NCBI GenBank assembly: GCA_963667145.1 | Contig: OY762943.1 | Span: 145,459-209,458 of the forward strand | DNA: 64,000 nucleotides | Direction of reading: 5' to 3' | Source of the DNA: Candidatus Cloacimonadota bacterium | GTDB taxonomy: Bacteria > Cloacimonadota > Cloacimonadia > G963667145 | Shown here: positions 26,285-36,021 of the stretch, piece by piece | How positions within the stretch are numbered: the first letter of the stretch is position 1 | Layout of the letters: every line of letters starts with the position of its first letter | Made by a program: the position numbers and the translations under genes | Notes under the pieces: generated by a model | Seen by the model: the letters and a program-made list of their open reading frames with translations, nothing else | Told to the model about the DNA's origin: nothing | The model's database searches: none

Positions 26285-27802
26285 ATGACAAAAAAAGTTT
26301 TATTGATGATTTTAGACGGATGGGGCTATTCGACCAATAAGGTTGGAAACGCTGTTGCGTCGGCGGAAACTCTCTTTTTGGACAAGCTGGAAGAAGAGTA
26401 CGGCAACTCTTTTCTTTTGCCCTCGGGAACGGCTGTTGGACTTGAAGATGGTACCATGGGAAATTCCGAAGTTGGTCATCTGAATATTGGGGCAGGACGC
26501 ATAGTTTACCAACTGAACACGCTTATTGACAAAGCTATTTCCACTGGTGAGTTCGACGAGAATGAGGCTTTGAACAAGGCTATAGACAATTGCTTGAAAA
26601 ACGGTAGCAATCTCCACGTGATGGGTTTGCTGTCTGACGGCAAGGTTCATTCCAATCCTAAACATTTGCTTGCTTTTCTGAGGTTGGCAAATTCTCGCGG
26701 ATTGTCTTCCGACAAGATTTTTTATCACATAATAACCGATGGCAGGGACACTTTGCCTAATTCGGGAAAAGGTTTCGTGCAAGATTTTTTGGATAATGCC
26801 AAAGATTTGTGTCAAATTGCCAGTGTCTGTGGGCGTTATTGGGCGATGGACAGAGACAATCGCTGGGACAGAGTGGAGAAGGCTTATAATTGCTTTGTGA
26901 ATAGGCAGGGCAAGCATTTTGACAATCCAGTTGCGGCGGTGGAAGCGAGTTATGCGAGCGATGTGACCGACGAATTTATTGAGCCTTGTGTCATTGGCGA
27001 TGCTCCCGAGATAAAAGATGGCGATTCGCTGTTTTTTTTCAATTTCAGGGCGGATAGAGCAAGACAGATTTCTTACAGCTTTTTGTTACCTGAGTTTGAT
27101 AAGTTTGAGCGGAAAATTTTTAAAAATCTATGCTACGTCAGTATATCGCCGTACGATGTGCATTTGGAAGAGTATTCGGAAATTGCTTTTCGGTTGCCAG
27201 AACTCAAAAATATTCTGGGCGAGGTTGTTCAAGATTGTGGATTGAAGCAGTTGCGGATAGCGGAAACGGAAAAATATGCTCATGTCACTTTTTTCTTTAA
27301 TGGTACACGGGAAGAGCCTTTTGCTCATGAGGATAGAATTTTGATACCATCTCCCAAGGTGGCTTCGTACGATTTGCAACCAGAGATGAGTGCTTACGAG
27401 GTTGCGGACGCTTTGGTGGAGCAACTGCAAAACGAAAAATATCCGATGGTTATTTGTAATTTGGCGAACTGTGATATGGTGGGTCATACGGGAAATTTTG
27501 AGGCTACGAAAAGGGCTGTGGAGACTGTGGACGAGGTTTTGAGGAAGATTGTTCCGACTGCTTTGGAGCATGGTTATGAGGTGCTTGTTACGGCTGACCA
27601 TGGGAACGCCGAAAAGATGCTGAACGAAGATGGCGAGATTTTCACAGCTCACACCACTTCTCCAGTGAAGATTATTTTGGCAGGAGATGGCAGAGATAGG
27701 TTGAATGATGGCAAATTGGGAGACATTGCTCCGACTATTTTGGAGTTGATGGGAATAGATAAACCTGCTGAAATGACAGGTGAAAGTTTATTAAAATCGT
27801 AA
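26285..27802 (+). CDS. gpmI: 2,3-bisphosphoglycerate-independent phosphoglycerate mutase
   Basis: MTKKVLLMILDGWGYS N-terminus and conserved Mn-binding ADHGN. ATG 26285 preferred over the upstream TTG. Confidence 0.9.
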   Translation: MTKKVLLMILDGWGYSTNKVGNAVASAETLFLDKLEEEYGNSFLLPSGTAVGLEDGTMGNSEVGHLNIGAGRIVYQLNTLIDKAISTGEFDENEALNKAIDNCLKNGSNLHVMGLLSDGKVHSNPKHLLAFLRLANSRGLSSDKIFYHIITDGRDTLPNSGKGFVQDFLDNAKDLCQIASVCGRYWAMDRDNRWDRVEKAYNCFVNRQGKHFDNPVAAVEASYASDVTDEFIEPCVIGDAPEIKDGDSLFFFNFRADRARQISYSFLLPEFDKFERKIFKNLCYVSISPYDVHLEEYSEIAFRLPELKNILGEVVQDCGLKQLRIAETEKYAHVTFFFNGTREEPFAHEDRILIPSPKVASYDLQPEMSAYEVADALVEQLQNEKYPMVICNLANCDMVGHTGNFEATKRAVETVDEVLRKIVPTALEHGYEVLVTADHGNAEKMLNEDGEIFTAHTTSPVKIILAGDGRDRLNDGKLGDIAPTILELMGIDKPAEMTGESLLKS

Positions 27803-27816
27803 ATTGAGAGAGAATT

Positions 27817-29229
27817 TTGAAAAGTTTTGAGATAATTAATGGGGTTTTGGAGCAAAGAATTTCGGCTGTTTCTGTGGTCGAAGATGCTTTCGCCAAAATT
27901 AGCGAAAAAGAAGAACTGAACGGTTTTATCACAGTTTTGGAAGAGCGAGCTTTGGCTAAGGCAAAAGACGTTGACGAGAGGATTAGCAAGGGTCAAAAAG
28001 TGGGGAAATTAGCTGGATTGCCCATAGCGGTTAAGGATAATATTGCCATTGCAGACCAAAGGATGACGTGTGCTTCGGCGAGTTTGAAAGATTATGTCAG
28101 TCCATTTGATGCACACGTGATAGAGAGCCTTGAGAATGAGGATGCTATCATCGTGGGCAAGACTAATCTCGATGAATTTGCGATGGGTGCAACTGGAGAG
28201 TACTCACATTTTGGAGTGGCAAAAAACCCTTTGGATAGCTCGTATGTGGCGGGTGGTTCCAGTAGCGGTTCTGCGGTGAGTGTTGCTGGTGACATGGTGT
28301 CTGTGGCTTTGGGGAGTGAGACGGGTGGTTCCATCAGATTGCCTGCGAGTTATTGTGGATTGGTTGGATTGAAGCCGACTTACGGAAGTGTTTCTCGCTA
28401 CGGACTTACAGCTTTTTCTTCTTCGCTCGACCAGATAGGAGTTCTAAGCAAATCTGTTCAGGAAAATCAACTGATTTTTGATGTGATTAAAGGTCAGGAT
28501 AAGAATGATATGACTAGCAAGGCATACAAAAATGAAGCCTCCAACAAAGGCATAGACGAGCTTGTGATAGGTTTGCCCAAGGAGTATTTTGATGTTTTGG
28601 ACAAAGATTTATCCGTGGGAATTTTGGAATTTATAGAGAAGATGAAAGATAGAGGGTTCAAGTTCAAGACGGTTTCCATTCCTTCCAGTAAATTTGCTGT
28701 TCCGACGTACTATGTGCTTACGACTGCGGAGCTTTCGTCCAATTTGTCGCGGTTCGACGGTGTGCGTTATTCCAGCCGTGTGGACGTTGACGCAGGTGTG
28801 ATGGAGATGATAATGGCTTCGCGTTCGGAAGGTTTTGGTCAGGAAGTGAAACGCCGCATTATGCTTGGAACTTATGTTTTGTCGGCTGGGTACTATGACG
28901 CTTATTATGGAAAGGCGTTGCAGGCAAAGAGCAATTTTGAACGTGAATTTTCCGAGATTTTTGCGAACGAGTGTGATATTTTGCTTGCTCCTGTTGCCAA
29001 TTCGTTGCCTCCCAAAATAGGTGAAAGGTGCGAAGACCCTGTTGCTATGTACAACACAGATGTTTTCACTTGCAGTGCTAATATCGCTGGAATACCTGCT
29101 TTGAGTATTCCTATTGGCAGAGTGAGTGACGAGTTGCCTTTTTCACAGAGCATTCAACTAATGGGGAATAAATTTAGTGAAGAACTGTTGTTTTCCGTGG
29201 GGAAAGAGATAGAAAAGTTAAACTATTAA
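27817..29229 (+). CDS. gatA: Asp-tRNA(Asn)/Glu-tRNA(Gln) amidotransferase subunit A (amidase signature family)
   Basis: 470 aa. Amidase signature GGSSSGSAVSVAG...GSETGGSIRLPAS. TTG start. Confidence 0.9.
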   Translation: MKSFEIINGVLEQRISAVSVVEDAFAKISEKEELNGFITVLEERALAKAKDVDERISKGQKVGKLAGLPIAVKDNIAIADQRMTCASASLKDYVSPFDAHVIESLENEDAIIVGKTNLDEFAMGATGEYSHFGVAKNPLDSSYVAGGSSSGSAVSVAGDMVSVALGSETGGSIRLPASYCGLVGLKPTYGSVSRYGLTAFSSSLDQIGVLSKSVQENQLIFDVIKGQDKNDMTSKAYKNEASNKGIDELVIGLPKEYFDVLDKDLSVGILEFIEKMKDRGFKFKTVSIPSSKFAVPTYYVLTTAELSSNLSRFDGVRYSSRVDVDAGVMEMIMASRSEGFGQEVKRRIMLGTYVLSAGYYDAYYGKALQAKSNFEREFSEIFANECDILLAPVANSLPPKIGERCEDPVAMYNTDVFTCSANIAGIPALSIPIGRVSDELPFSQSIQLMGNKFSEELLFSVGKEIEKLNY

Positions 29230-29244
29230 ATGAAGGAGATAAAA

Positions 29245-29472
29245 ATGATTAGTAAAGAAATTGTAGAAAAAAATTTGGATAAGATTAGACCTGCGATTCA
29301 GGCTGATGGTGGAAATGTTGAGTTGATAGAGATTTGTGAGGACGGAGTGATTAAGGTGAGACTTACTGGTGCTTGCAGTGGATGTCCTATGGCAACTTTG
29401 ACCCTGAAGCAAGGCGTGGAAAAAATATTGAAAGAAAACATTCCCGAAGTCAAAGAAGTTGTCGCTGGATAA
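29245..29472 (+). CDS. NifU-like Fe-S cluster scaffold domain protein (Nfu)
   Basis: MISKEIVEKNLDKIRPAIQADGGNVELI...GACSGCPMATLTLKQGVE, CxxC NifU C-terminal domain. RBS aaggagat. Confidence 0.8.
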   Translation: MISKEIVEKNLDKIRPAIQADGGNVELIEICEDGVIKVRLTGACSGCPMATLTLKQGVEKILKENIPEVKEVVAG

Positions 29473-29492
29473 AAAAATCTTAAGGTGGTAGT

Positions 29493-31328
29493 ATGTGCGG
29501 AATTGTTGGATATATCGGCGACAAGCAGGCGTTGCCTATAATAGTTGGTGGCTTGAAAAAACTGGAGTATCGTGGCTACGATAGTGCAGGTGTTGCCCTA
29601 TGGCAAGAAGACAAGCTCAAGGTGACGAAAGCTGTTGGCAAAATCGTCAATTTGCAAGAGAAATTGGCAACGGAGAGCAATACATCAAATTTGGGAATTG
29701 GGCACACGAGGTGGGCAACTCACGGCGAACCAACTTTGGAAAACGCTCATCCTCATTTGAGTATGGATGGGAAAATTTGCTTGGTTCACAACGGTATTAT
29801 TGAGAACTACAAATTTCTGCGTCAGGAGTTGGAAGGGAAAGGATTTGTTTTTAAATCGCAAACCGATACGGAAGTTTTGGTGAACCTGATTAGTTATTTC
29901 AAGAGTAAGGAAAACGATACCAAAAAGGCGATTCAAGTTGCTCTGAAAAAGGTCGATGGAGCTTATGGTGTAGCGGTGATGGATACTGAAAATCCTGATG
30001 TCTTGTATGCAGCCAGATGTGGAAGTCCGTTGGTGATAGGTGTTGGAGACGACGAGAATTTTGTTGCTTCTGATGTTAGTGCCATCATGATTCATACTTC
30101 CAACGTTATCTATCTGGACGATTTTCAAATGGTTAGCATTGGCAAAGACGATTTTGAGATTACCACTTTGGATAATGAACCGATAGAGAAAAAAATCGAT
30201 GTGGTAGATTGGGATATTTCTTCCATTACCAAAGGCGGTTACGAACATTTTATGCTCAAGGAGATTTGTGAGCAAGGGGAAACTGTTCGCAACGCTTTTA
30301 GAGGTCGTGTTAATAAATCTGAATGTTTGGTTCGTTTGGGTGGATTTAATCTTTCGTCAAAAGAGATAAGAGACCTCGAGAATATTCAAATAGTTGCGTG
30401 TGGCACTTCGTGGCATGCAGGATTGGTTGGGAAATATTTGTTGGAAAAAATAGCAAAAATTCCCGTAAGTGTGGAATATGCCAGTGAATATCGTTATCGC
30501 AATCCGATAATTCCCAAGAATACCATCGTGATAGCTATTAGTCAGTCGGGAGCTACTGCCGATACTTTGGCGGCTATGCGTGAGGCTAAAAATAGAGGTA
30601 CAACTGTTTTCGGCATTACCAATGTTGTGGGAAGCGAGATTGCTCGCGAATCTGACGGGGGAACCTATTTGCATGCTGGACCAGAGATAGGAGTCGCGTC
30701 CACCAAGGCTTTCACTTCTCAGGTGACCGTTTTGTCACTTTTGGCTCACCATTTCGGGCAAGTCAGAGGCTTTGTGGATAATGAGCAAATCTTGAAATTC
30801 ATATCCGAATTGGAAGCTTTGCCCGACAAAATTGATGAAGTGCTCAAGTGTAAAGAAGATGTCAAAGAAGTGGCTGAACTCATTTTGGACGCTTCAAACG
30901 CTTTGTTTTTGGGAAGAGACGTTAGTTTTCCTGCGGCTTTGGAGGGTGCTCTGAAACTCAAAGAAATTTCTTATATACATGCTGAGGGTTATCCAGCTGC
31001 CGAGATGAAGCACGGACCGATTGCTTTGATAGATGAAAATATGCCGATTTTGGCGATAGCACCTTCCGACATCATTTATCACAAGGTTATTTCGAATTTG
31101 GAAGAGGTGAAATCCCGAAAGGGCAAAATATATGCGGTGGCTTCCAGTCATGACGAAAATTTGGAAGCTATCTGCCAGCGGGTTTTTTACATTCCGCATA
31201 CGACTTGGTCGCTAATGCCTATCTTGGCAAGCATACCGTTGCAGTTGTTGGCGTATTATGTGGCTCATGGAAAAGGTTTGAACATCGACCAGCCACGCAA
31301 TCTTGCCAAGAGTGTGACAGTCGAATAA
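29493..31328 (+). CDS. glmS: Glutamine--fructose-6-phosphate aminotransferase
   Basis: MCGIVGYIG N-terminal nucleophile, two SIS domains, C-terminal ...KSVTVE. Confidence 0.95.
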   Translation: MCGIVGYIGDKQALPIIVGGLKKLEYRGYDSAGVALWQEDKLKVTKAVGKIVNLQEKLATESNTSNLGIGHTRWATHGEPTLENAHPHLSMDGKICLVHNGIIENYKFLRQELEGKGFVFKSQTDTEVLVNLISYFKSKENDTKKAIQVALKKVDGAYGVAVMDTENPDVLYAARCGSPLVIGVGDDENFVASDVSAIMIHTSNVIYLDDFQMVSIGKDDFEITTLDNEPIEKKIDVVDWDISSITKGGYEHFMLKEICEQGETVRNAFRGRVNKSECLVRLGGFNLSSKEIRDLENIQIVACGTSWHAGLVGKYLLEKIAKIPVSVEYASEYRYRNPIIPKNTIVIAISQSGATADTLAAMREAKNRGTTVFGITNVVGSEIARESDGGTYLHAGPEIGVASTKAFTSQVTVLSLLAHHFGQVRGFVDNEQILKFISELEALPDKIDEVLKCKEDVKEVAELILDASNALFLGRDVSFPAALEGALKLKEISYIHAEGYPAAEMKHGPIALIDENMPILAIAPSDIIYHKVISNLEEVKSRKGKIYAVASSHDENLEAICQRVFYIPHTTWSLMPILASIPLQLLAYYVAHGKGLNIDQPRNLAKSVTVE

Positions 31329-31338
31329 CTTAGGTAGG

Positions 31339-32886
31339 ATGGACAATCTTGTGTCCAAAAAGGGAGATATTTTGAAAAATTCTTTGGTTGAAATTTATTT
31401 AGAAACAGCAAAAAAATTTGGGAAAAAGACGGCTTTCGTCGATTCTATGAGCGGCAAGGAACTAAGTTATTCCAAGTCTTTGGTGGCTGTGCTGATGCTC
31501 GCTAAGAAAATTGAAAAGCTGTCAGGAAAGAGAATAGGCGTGATGATACCTACATCTCCAGGAGGAATGTTGGTTTCTATAGCTACTCTTATGGTGGGCA
31601 AAATTCCAGTTTTGATCAACTATTCGACTGGAGCGATTGCGAACAGTCAATATGCTATCAAGAAGTGCAAGTTGGATGTTGTTATCACTTCCGAAAAACT
31701 TTTGCAAAAGTTGGAGATTGAGCCAATTGATAAGATGATAATGGTGGAGAATATTCTTGGTTCTGTGTCTTTCTTTGATAAGCTCAAAGCTCTTTGGAAA
31801 AGCAAAAAATCACCCGAAAATATTTTGTCCGAATTTGCTAAAAGTGGTGGCGATGATTGGGCTGTAATGCTTCTGACGACTGGTAGCGAGTCCGAACCTA
31901 AGGTGGTTCCTCTTTCGCACAACAACATCGTTTCGCAATTGGTGGCTATACCAAAGATTTTGGATTTGACCGACAAAGACATCTTTTTGTCTTCACTTCC
32001 GCTGTTCCACAGTTTTGGATTTACCACTAACTTCTGGCTACCCATCTCCTTGGGTGCTACCATGGTAACTGTTGCGAATCCTTTGGATTACAAATTAGTT
32101 TGCCAAACAGTTCCCAAATACAGAATTTCCTTCATGACGGGAACACCTGTATTCTTTAAGGCTTATTTGCCTAAATCTAATCCCGACACTTTTGCTACTG
32201 TACGCATAATGATTTGCGGTGCGGATAAACTGCCCGAAGGAGTTCGCAAGGCTTATTTCGATAAATTTGGCAAGGAGCTTTGTGAAGGTTACGGAGTGAC
32301 CGAGGCTTCGCCTGTGATTAGCACCAACACGCACGATTATCACAAACCAGGGAGCATTGGCAAGCAATTGCCCGGTGTGCAGGTTAAAGTTGTGGAAAGG
32401 GAATCTGATAAAGAGCTTCCAGTTGGGCAGGAAGGTAGGCTTTTGGTGAAAGGTGAGAATGTGATGAAAGGTTATCTCGTGGATGAAAAGCTGGATAAAA
32501 GTGCTTTGAATGATGGATGGTATGACACGGGAGATATTGCTATTATTGATGAAGACGAATATATTTGGCACAGAGGCAGAGCCAAGCGATTTTTGAAAAT
32601 CGGTGGAGAGATGGTTAGCTTGGTAGTGGTGGAGGAAGCTCTGCAAAAGTATTTTCCACCAGAAGTTACCTATTGTGCCGTGGAAGTTAGGCAGAAAGAA
32701 GGCAGCTCTTGTGTTGGATTGGCTGTAAATCAGGAGTGCAAACTTTTGGACATTAAAAAATTCTTGAAAAAAAACGGTCTCAATTCTATCAGTTTGCCTT
32801 CCAAACTTTTTGTTTTGGACGAAATTCCCGTAATGGGCAGTGGCAAAGTTGACTTCAAGTCTGTGCAAGAGAGATGCAATAAGTAA
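31339..32886 (+). CDS. Adenylate-forming enzyme, Aas/AasS-like acyl-ACP (or acyl-CoA) synthetase, paralog 1 of 4
   Basis: LLTTGSESEPKVVPLSH (TSGSxGxPK), EGYGVTEASP, GWYDTGD, GRAKRFLKIGGEMVS. These match the synthetase half of E. coli Aas. Confidence 0.75.
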   Translation: MDNLVSKKGDILKNSLVEIYLETAKKFGKKTAFVDSMSGKELSYSKSLVAVLMLAKKIEKLSGKRIGVMIPTSPGGMLVSIATLMVGKIPVLINYSTGAIANSQYAIKKCKLDVVITSEKLLQKLEIEPIDKMIMVENILGSVSFFDKLKALWKSKKSPENILSEFAKSGGDDWAVMLLTTGSESEPKVVPLSHNNIVSQLVAIPKILDLTDKDIFLSSLPLFHSFGFTTNFWLPISLGATMVTVANPLDYKLVCQTVPKYRISFMTGTPVFFKAYLPKSNPDTFATVRIMICGADKLPEGVRKAYFDKFGKELCEGYGVTEASPVISTNTHDYHKPGSIGKQLPGVQVKVVERESDKELPVGQEGRLLVKGENVMKGYLVDEKLDKSALNDGWYDTGDIAIIDEDEYIWHRGRAKRFLKIGGEMVSLVVVEEALQKYFPPEVTYCAVEVRQKEGSSCVGLAVNQECKLLDIKKFLKKNGLNSISLPSKLFVLDEIPVMGSGKVDFKSVQERCNK

Positions 32887-32958
32887 CAATTTGTGAAAGA
32901 GAAGTTAATTCAAAAATAGAAGATAATAGAAAAATGGATTGAGGGGGTTCTTGTACAA

Positions 32959-34482
32959 ATGGTTTTGCAAGAAATGTTTGTTGAGGTTGCCAAAAAGCAG
33001 AAAGATAAAACGGCTTTCATCGATGGAGTTGGTGGCAAAAAGATTAGTTATAACAAGGCTTTGATAGCCAGCATCATCTTAAAAGATAAGATTTCTCTGT
33101 ATGAAGAAAAAAATATTGGAATAATGATACCGACTTCAGGTGGCTGTATGATTGCTATGATAGCCACTCTGATGGCAGGCAAAGTTCCTGTGCTTATCAA
33201 CTATTCTACTGGAGCTATCAAAAATTCCATATTCGCTCGCAAGAAATGTAATTTCGATTTGATTATCACTTCGTCCGCTCTTTTGAAAAAGTTGGAATTG
33301 GAACCGTTGCCGGGGATGATTTTTATCGAGGAGTTCGTTGAAAATATTTCGCTTTTTGCCAAGGTGAAAGCGGGTGTTATTTCCAAACTTTCCACGTCTT
33401 TCATAAAGCAGATGATACATATCGGTAGCGAGGATGAGATTGTGGCGATTTTGTTCACCTCTGGAAGTGAAAAAACTCCCAAGGCTGTTCCTCTGACGCA
33501 CAAAAATATTTCACAGCAATTGGTTAGCATACCTCAGGTGTTGGAGATGGACGAAACGGAGATATTCCTCTCTTGTTTGCCTCTGTTCCATGTGTTTGGA
33601 TTTACCACTATGTTTTGGCTTCCGATCTCTTTTGGATGCACGATAGTTACACACCCTAATCCACTGGAATATAAAAAAATATGTAAGTCAATTGCTAAAT
33701 ACAAGGCGACCTATCTTGTGGCAACTCCGTCGTTTTTCAGGTCGTATTTGAGCAAGGCTGATGATGATACTTTTACCTCTTTGAGAGTGATGATTTCTGG
33801 TGCGGATAACCTGCCAGAAAATGTACGATTAGAGTACTTAAACCGCTTTGGCAAGGAAGTTTGGCAAGGATACGGAGTGACGGAGGCTTCACCAGTGGTT
33901 TCCACAAATAATAAGCAATTTCACAAACCAGGGAGCTTGGGCAAGCCGTTGCCAGGTGTGGAGGTGAAGATTATCGGTATAGATTCTGGCGAGGAGTTGC
34001 CCGCTGGAAGCGAGGGGAAAATTATGCTCAAGGGTGAGAATGTTATGCAAGGATATTATCGTGATGTGGAGGAAACGAGCTATCACATGCATAACGGCTG
34101 GTACGATACGGGCGATATGGGTGTTTTGGATGAAGACGGATTTTTGTGGCATCGTGGCAGACTGAAAAGGTTCGTAAAAATTGGTGGAGAGATGGTCAGC
34201 ATGGTAGCCGTGGAGAACGCTTTGCAAGATTTTTTCCCTGATGATGTTCTATATTGCGTAGTGGAGCTGTTGGCTGCAAAAAAAGGTTCCGCACTTGCTA
34301 TTGCGGTGACCAAACGGACAAATTTGAGTAAATTGAGAAATCATCTGAATTCCAAGGGTTTTGCTGCTATTTATCTGCCTAAGAAGCAGATAGTGTTGAA
34401 AGAAATTCCTCTGATGGGTAGTGGCAAAGTTGATTTTAGAGGAGTTCAGAAAATTTGTGATGAACTGGAGCAAGTTAAATAG
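32959..34482 (+). CDS. Aas/AasS-like adenylate-forming enzyme, paralog 2 of 4
   Basis: Same four motifs (LFTSGSEKTPKAVPLTH, GYGVTEASP, GWYDTGD, RLKRFVKIGGEMVS). RBS gagggggt. Confidence 0.75.
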   Translation: MVLQEMFVEVAKKQKDKTAFIDGVGGKKISYNKALIASIILKDKISLYEEKNIGIMIPTSGGCMIAMIATLMAGKVPVLINYSTGAIKNSIFARKKCNFDLIITSSALLKKLELEPLPGMIFIEEFVENISLFAKVKAGVISKLSTSFIKQMIHIGSEDEIVAILFTSGSEKTPKAVPLTHKNISQQLVSIPQVLEMDETEIFLSCLPLFHVFGFTTMFWLPISFGCTIVTHPNPLEYKKICKSIAKYKATYLVATPSFFRSYLSKADDDTFTSLRVMISGADNLPENVRLEYLNRFGKEVWQGYGVTEASPVVSTNNKQFHKPGSLGKPLPGVEVKIIGIDSGEELPAGSEGKIMLKGENVMQGYYRDVEETSYHMHNGWYDTGDMGVLDEDGFLWHRGRLKRFVKIGGEMVSMVAVENALQDFFPDDVLYCVVELLAAKKGSALAIAVTKRTNLSKLRNHLNSKGFAAIYLPKKQIVLKEIPLMGSGKVDFRGVQKICDELEQVK

Positions 34483-34491
34483 GTGATAGAT

Positions 34492-36021
34492 ATGAAAAAT
34501 TATGAATTGTTGGCAGGAAAATTTGTTGAGATTGCCAAGCGTTATCCGAATAAAGTGGCATTTGTGGACGGCGTAAGAGGACAAGAATTTACTTACGGCA
34601 GAGCTTTGATAGCTGTGCTTTTGCTAAAGAAGAAATTTAAAGGCTTCGAACAAAAAAAGATTGGTATGATGGTTCCCACTTCGGGTGGAGCAATCATCGC
34701 TCTTATCGCTGCTTTGGCTGCTGGCAAGACTTCGGTGATGATCAACTATTCTACGGGAATCATCAAAAATTGCCAATATGCCAAGGAGAAGTGTGGTGTT
34801 GAGCTTGTTTTGACTTCTAAAAAACTTTTGGAAAAACTCAACGTGGAGCCGACAAAACATATGGTTTTCTTGGAAGATATTTTTGTTTCACTTTCCTCAC
34901 TGGACAAAGCCGTCGCTTTTGCAAAATCCAAACTTCCGGTTTTTTGTCTAAAGGCTTCGTTCAATAAGCTTAAACTGGAAGACACCTGTGTGATGTTGTT
35001 CACATCGGGGAGCGAGAAAGAGCCGAAGTGTGTGCCAATCAGTCAAAAGAATGTGTTGAGCCAGCTTAATTCATATCCTCATTACATTCCGATGATGATG
35101 GAAGATGTTGTGATGGCGAATTTGCCTTTGTTTCACGTGTTCGGCTACACAGTTTTGCTGTGGTATGGAGTTTACTACGGAGCCACTTTGGTTACACATC
35201 CCAATCCTTTGGAATTTAAAACTTTGTGTGAAATATTTGAAAAATATAAAGTTACTTTCACTATGGGAACACCAAATATGTTCAGTTCTTATTTGCGATA
35301 TGCCAACGAGCGGACTTTTGCACATATCAGGACGATGATAGCGGGAGCGGACAAATTGGGTAACAAAACCAAGAATGAGTATAGGGAACGCTTTGGTGTG
35401 GAGCTTTTTGAAGGTTACGGAGTGACTGAGGCGTCGCCAGTTATCAGCACGAATATTCCAGGGCATGACAAACCAGGTTCCGTGGGTAGAGCGTTGCCAG
35501 GTGTTGAGGTGAAAATTGTGGATGACCGCACCAGAGAGACTTTGCCTAATGGTAAAGAAGGAAAAATTCTCGTGCGAGGCGAAAATGTGATTAGCGGATA
35601 CTACAACGATGTGGAAGAAAGCTCTCTGCGTTTTTGTGGTGGCTGGTATGATACTGGAGATATGGGAATTTTGGATAATGACGGCTATCTTTGGCATAGA
35701 GGCAGATTGCGTCGCTTTGTGAAAGTTGGAGGAGAGATGGTCAGTCTTGCGGCTATTGAGGAATCTTTGGGCAAAATTTTCCCCGAAGGTTTGCAATATT
35801 GCATGGTTGGTTTGCCCGATGACAAAAAGGGAGCAAGGCTCATTTTGGTCACCAATGGGAAAGTTAGTAGGAGTGAGGTAATCACTCAGCTCACGGAAGA
35901 CGGATTTTCCAAAATATATTTCCCCAAAAAATTCCAAGTTGCTGAGGAGTTGCCGATTATGGGTAACGGAAAAATAAATTTTAGAGCAGTGGAGCAGATG
36001 GCACTGGATGCGGAGAGCTAA
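34492..36021 (+). CDS. Aas/AasS-like adenylate-forming enzyme, paralog 3 of 4
   Basis: Same motifs. ATG 34492 after RBS aggtga, abutting the stop of paralog 2. Confidence 0.75.
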   Translation: MKNYELLAGKFVEIAKRYPNKVAFVDGVRGQEFTYGRALIAVLLLKKKFKGFEQKKIGMMVPTSGGAIIALIAALAAGKTSVMINYSTGIIKNCQYAKEKCGVELVLTSKKLLEKLNVEPTKHMVFLEDIFVSLSSLDKAVAFAKSKLPVFCLKASFNKLKLEDTCVMLFTSGSEKEPKCVPISQKNVLSQLNSYPHYIPMMMEDVVMANLPLFHVFGYTVLLWYGVYYGATLVTHPNPLEFKTLCEIFEKYKVTFTMGTPNMFSSYLRYANERTFAHIRTMIAGADKLGNKTKNEYRERFGVELFEGYGVTEASPVISTNIPGHDKPGSVGRALPGVEVKIVDDRTRETLPNGKEGKILVRGENVISGYYNDVEESSLRFCGGWYDTGDMGILDNDGYLWHRGRLRRFVKVGGEMVSLAAIEESLGKIFPEGLQYCMVGLPDDKKGARLILVTNGKVSRSEVITQLTEDGFSKIYFPKKFQVAEELPIMGNGKINFRAVEQMALDAES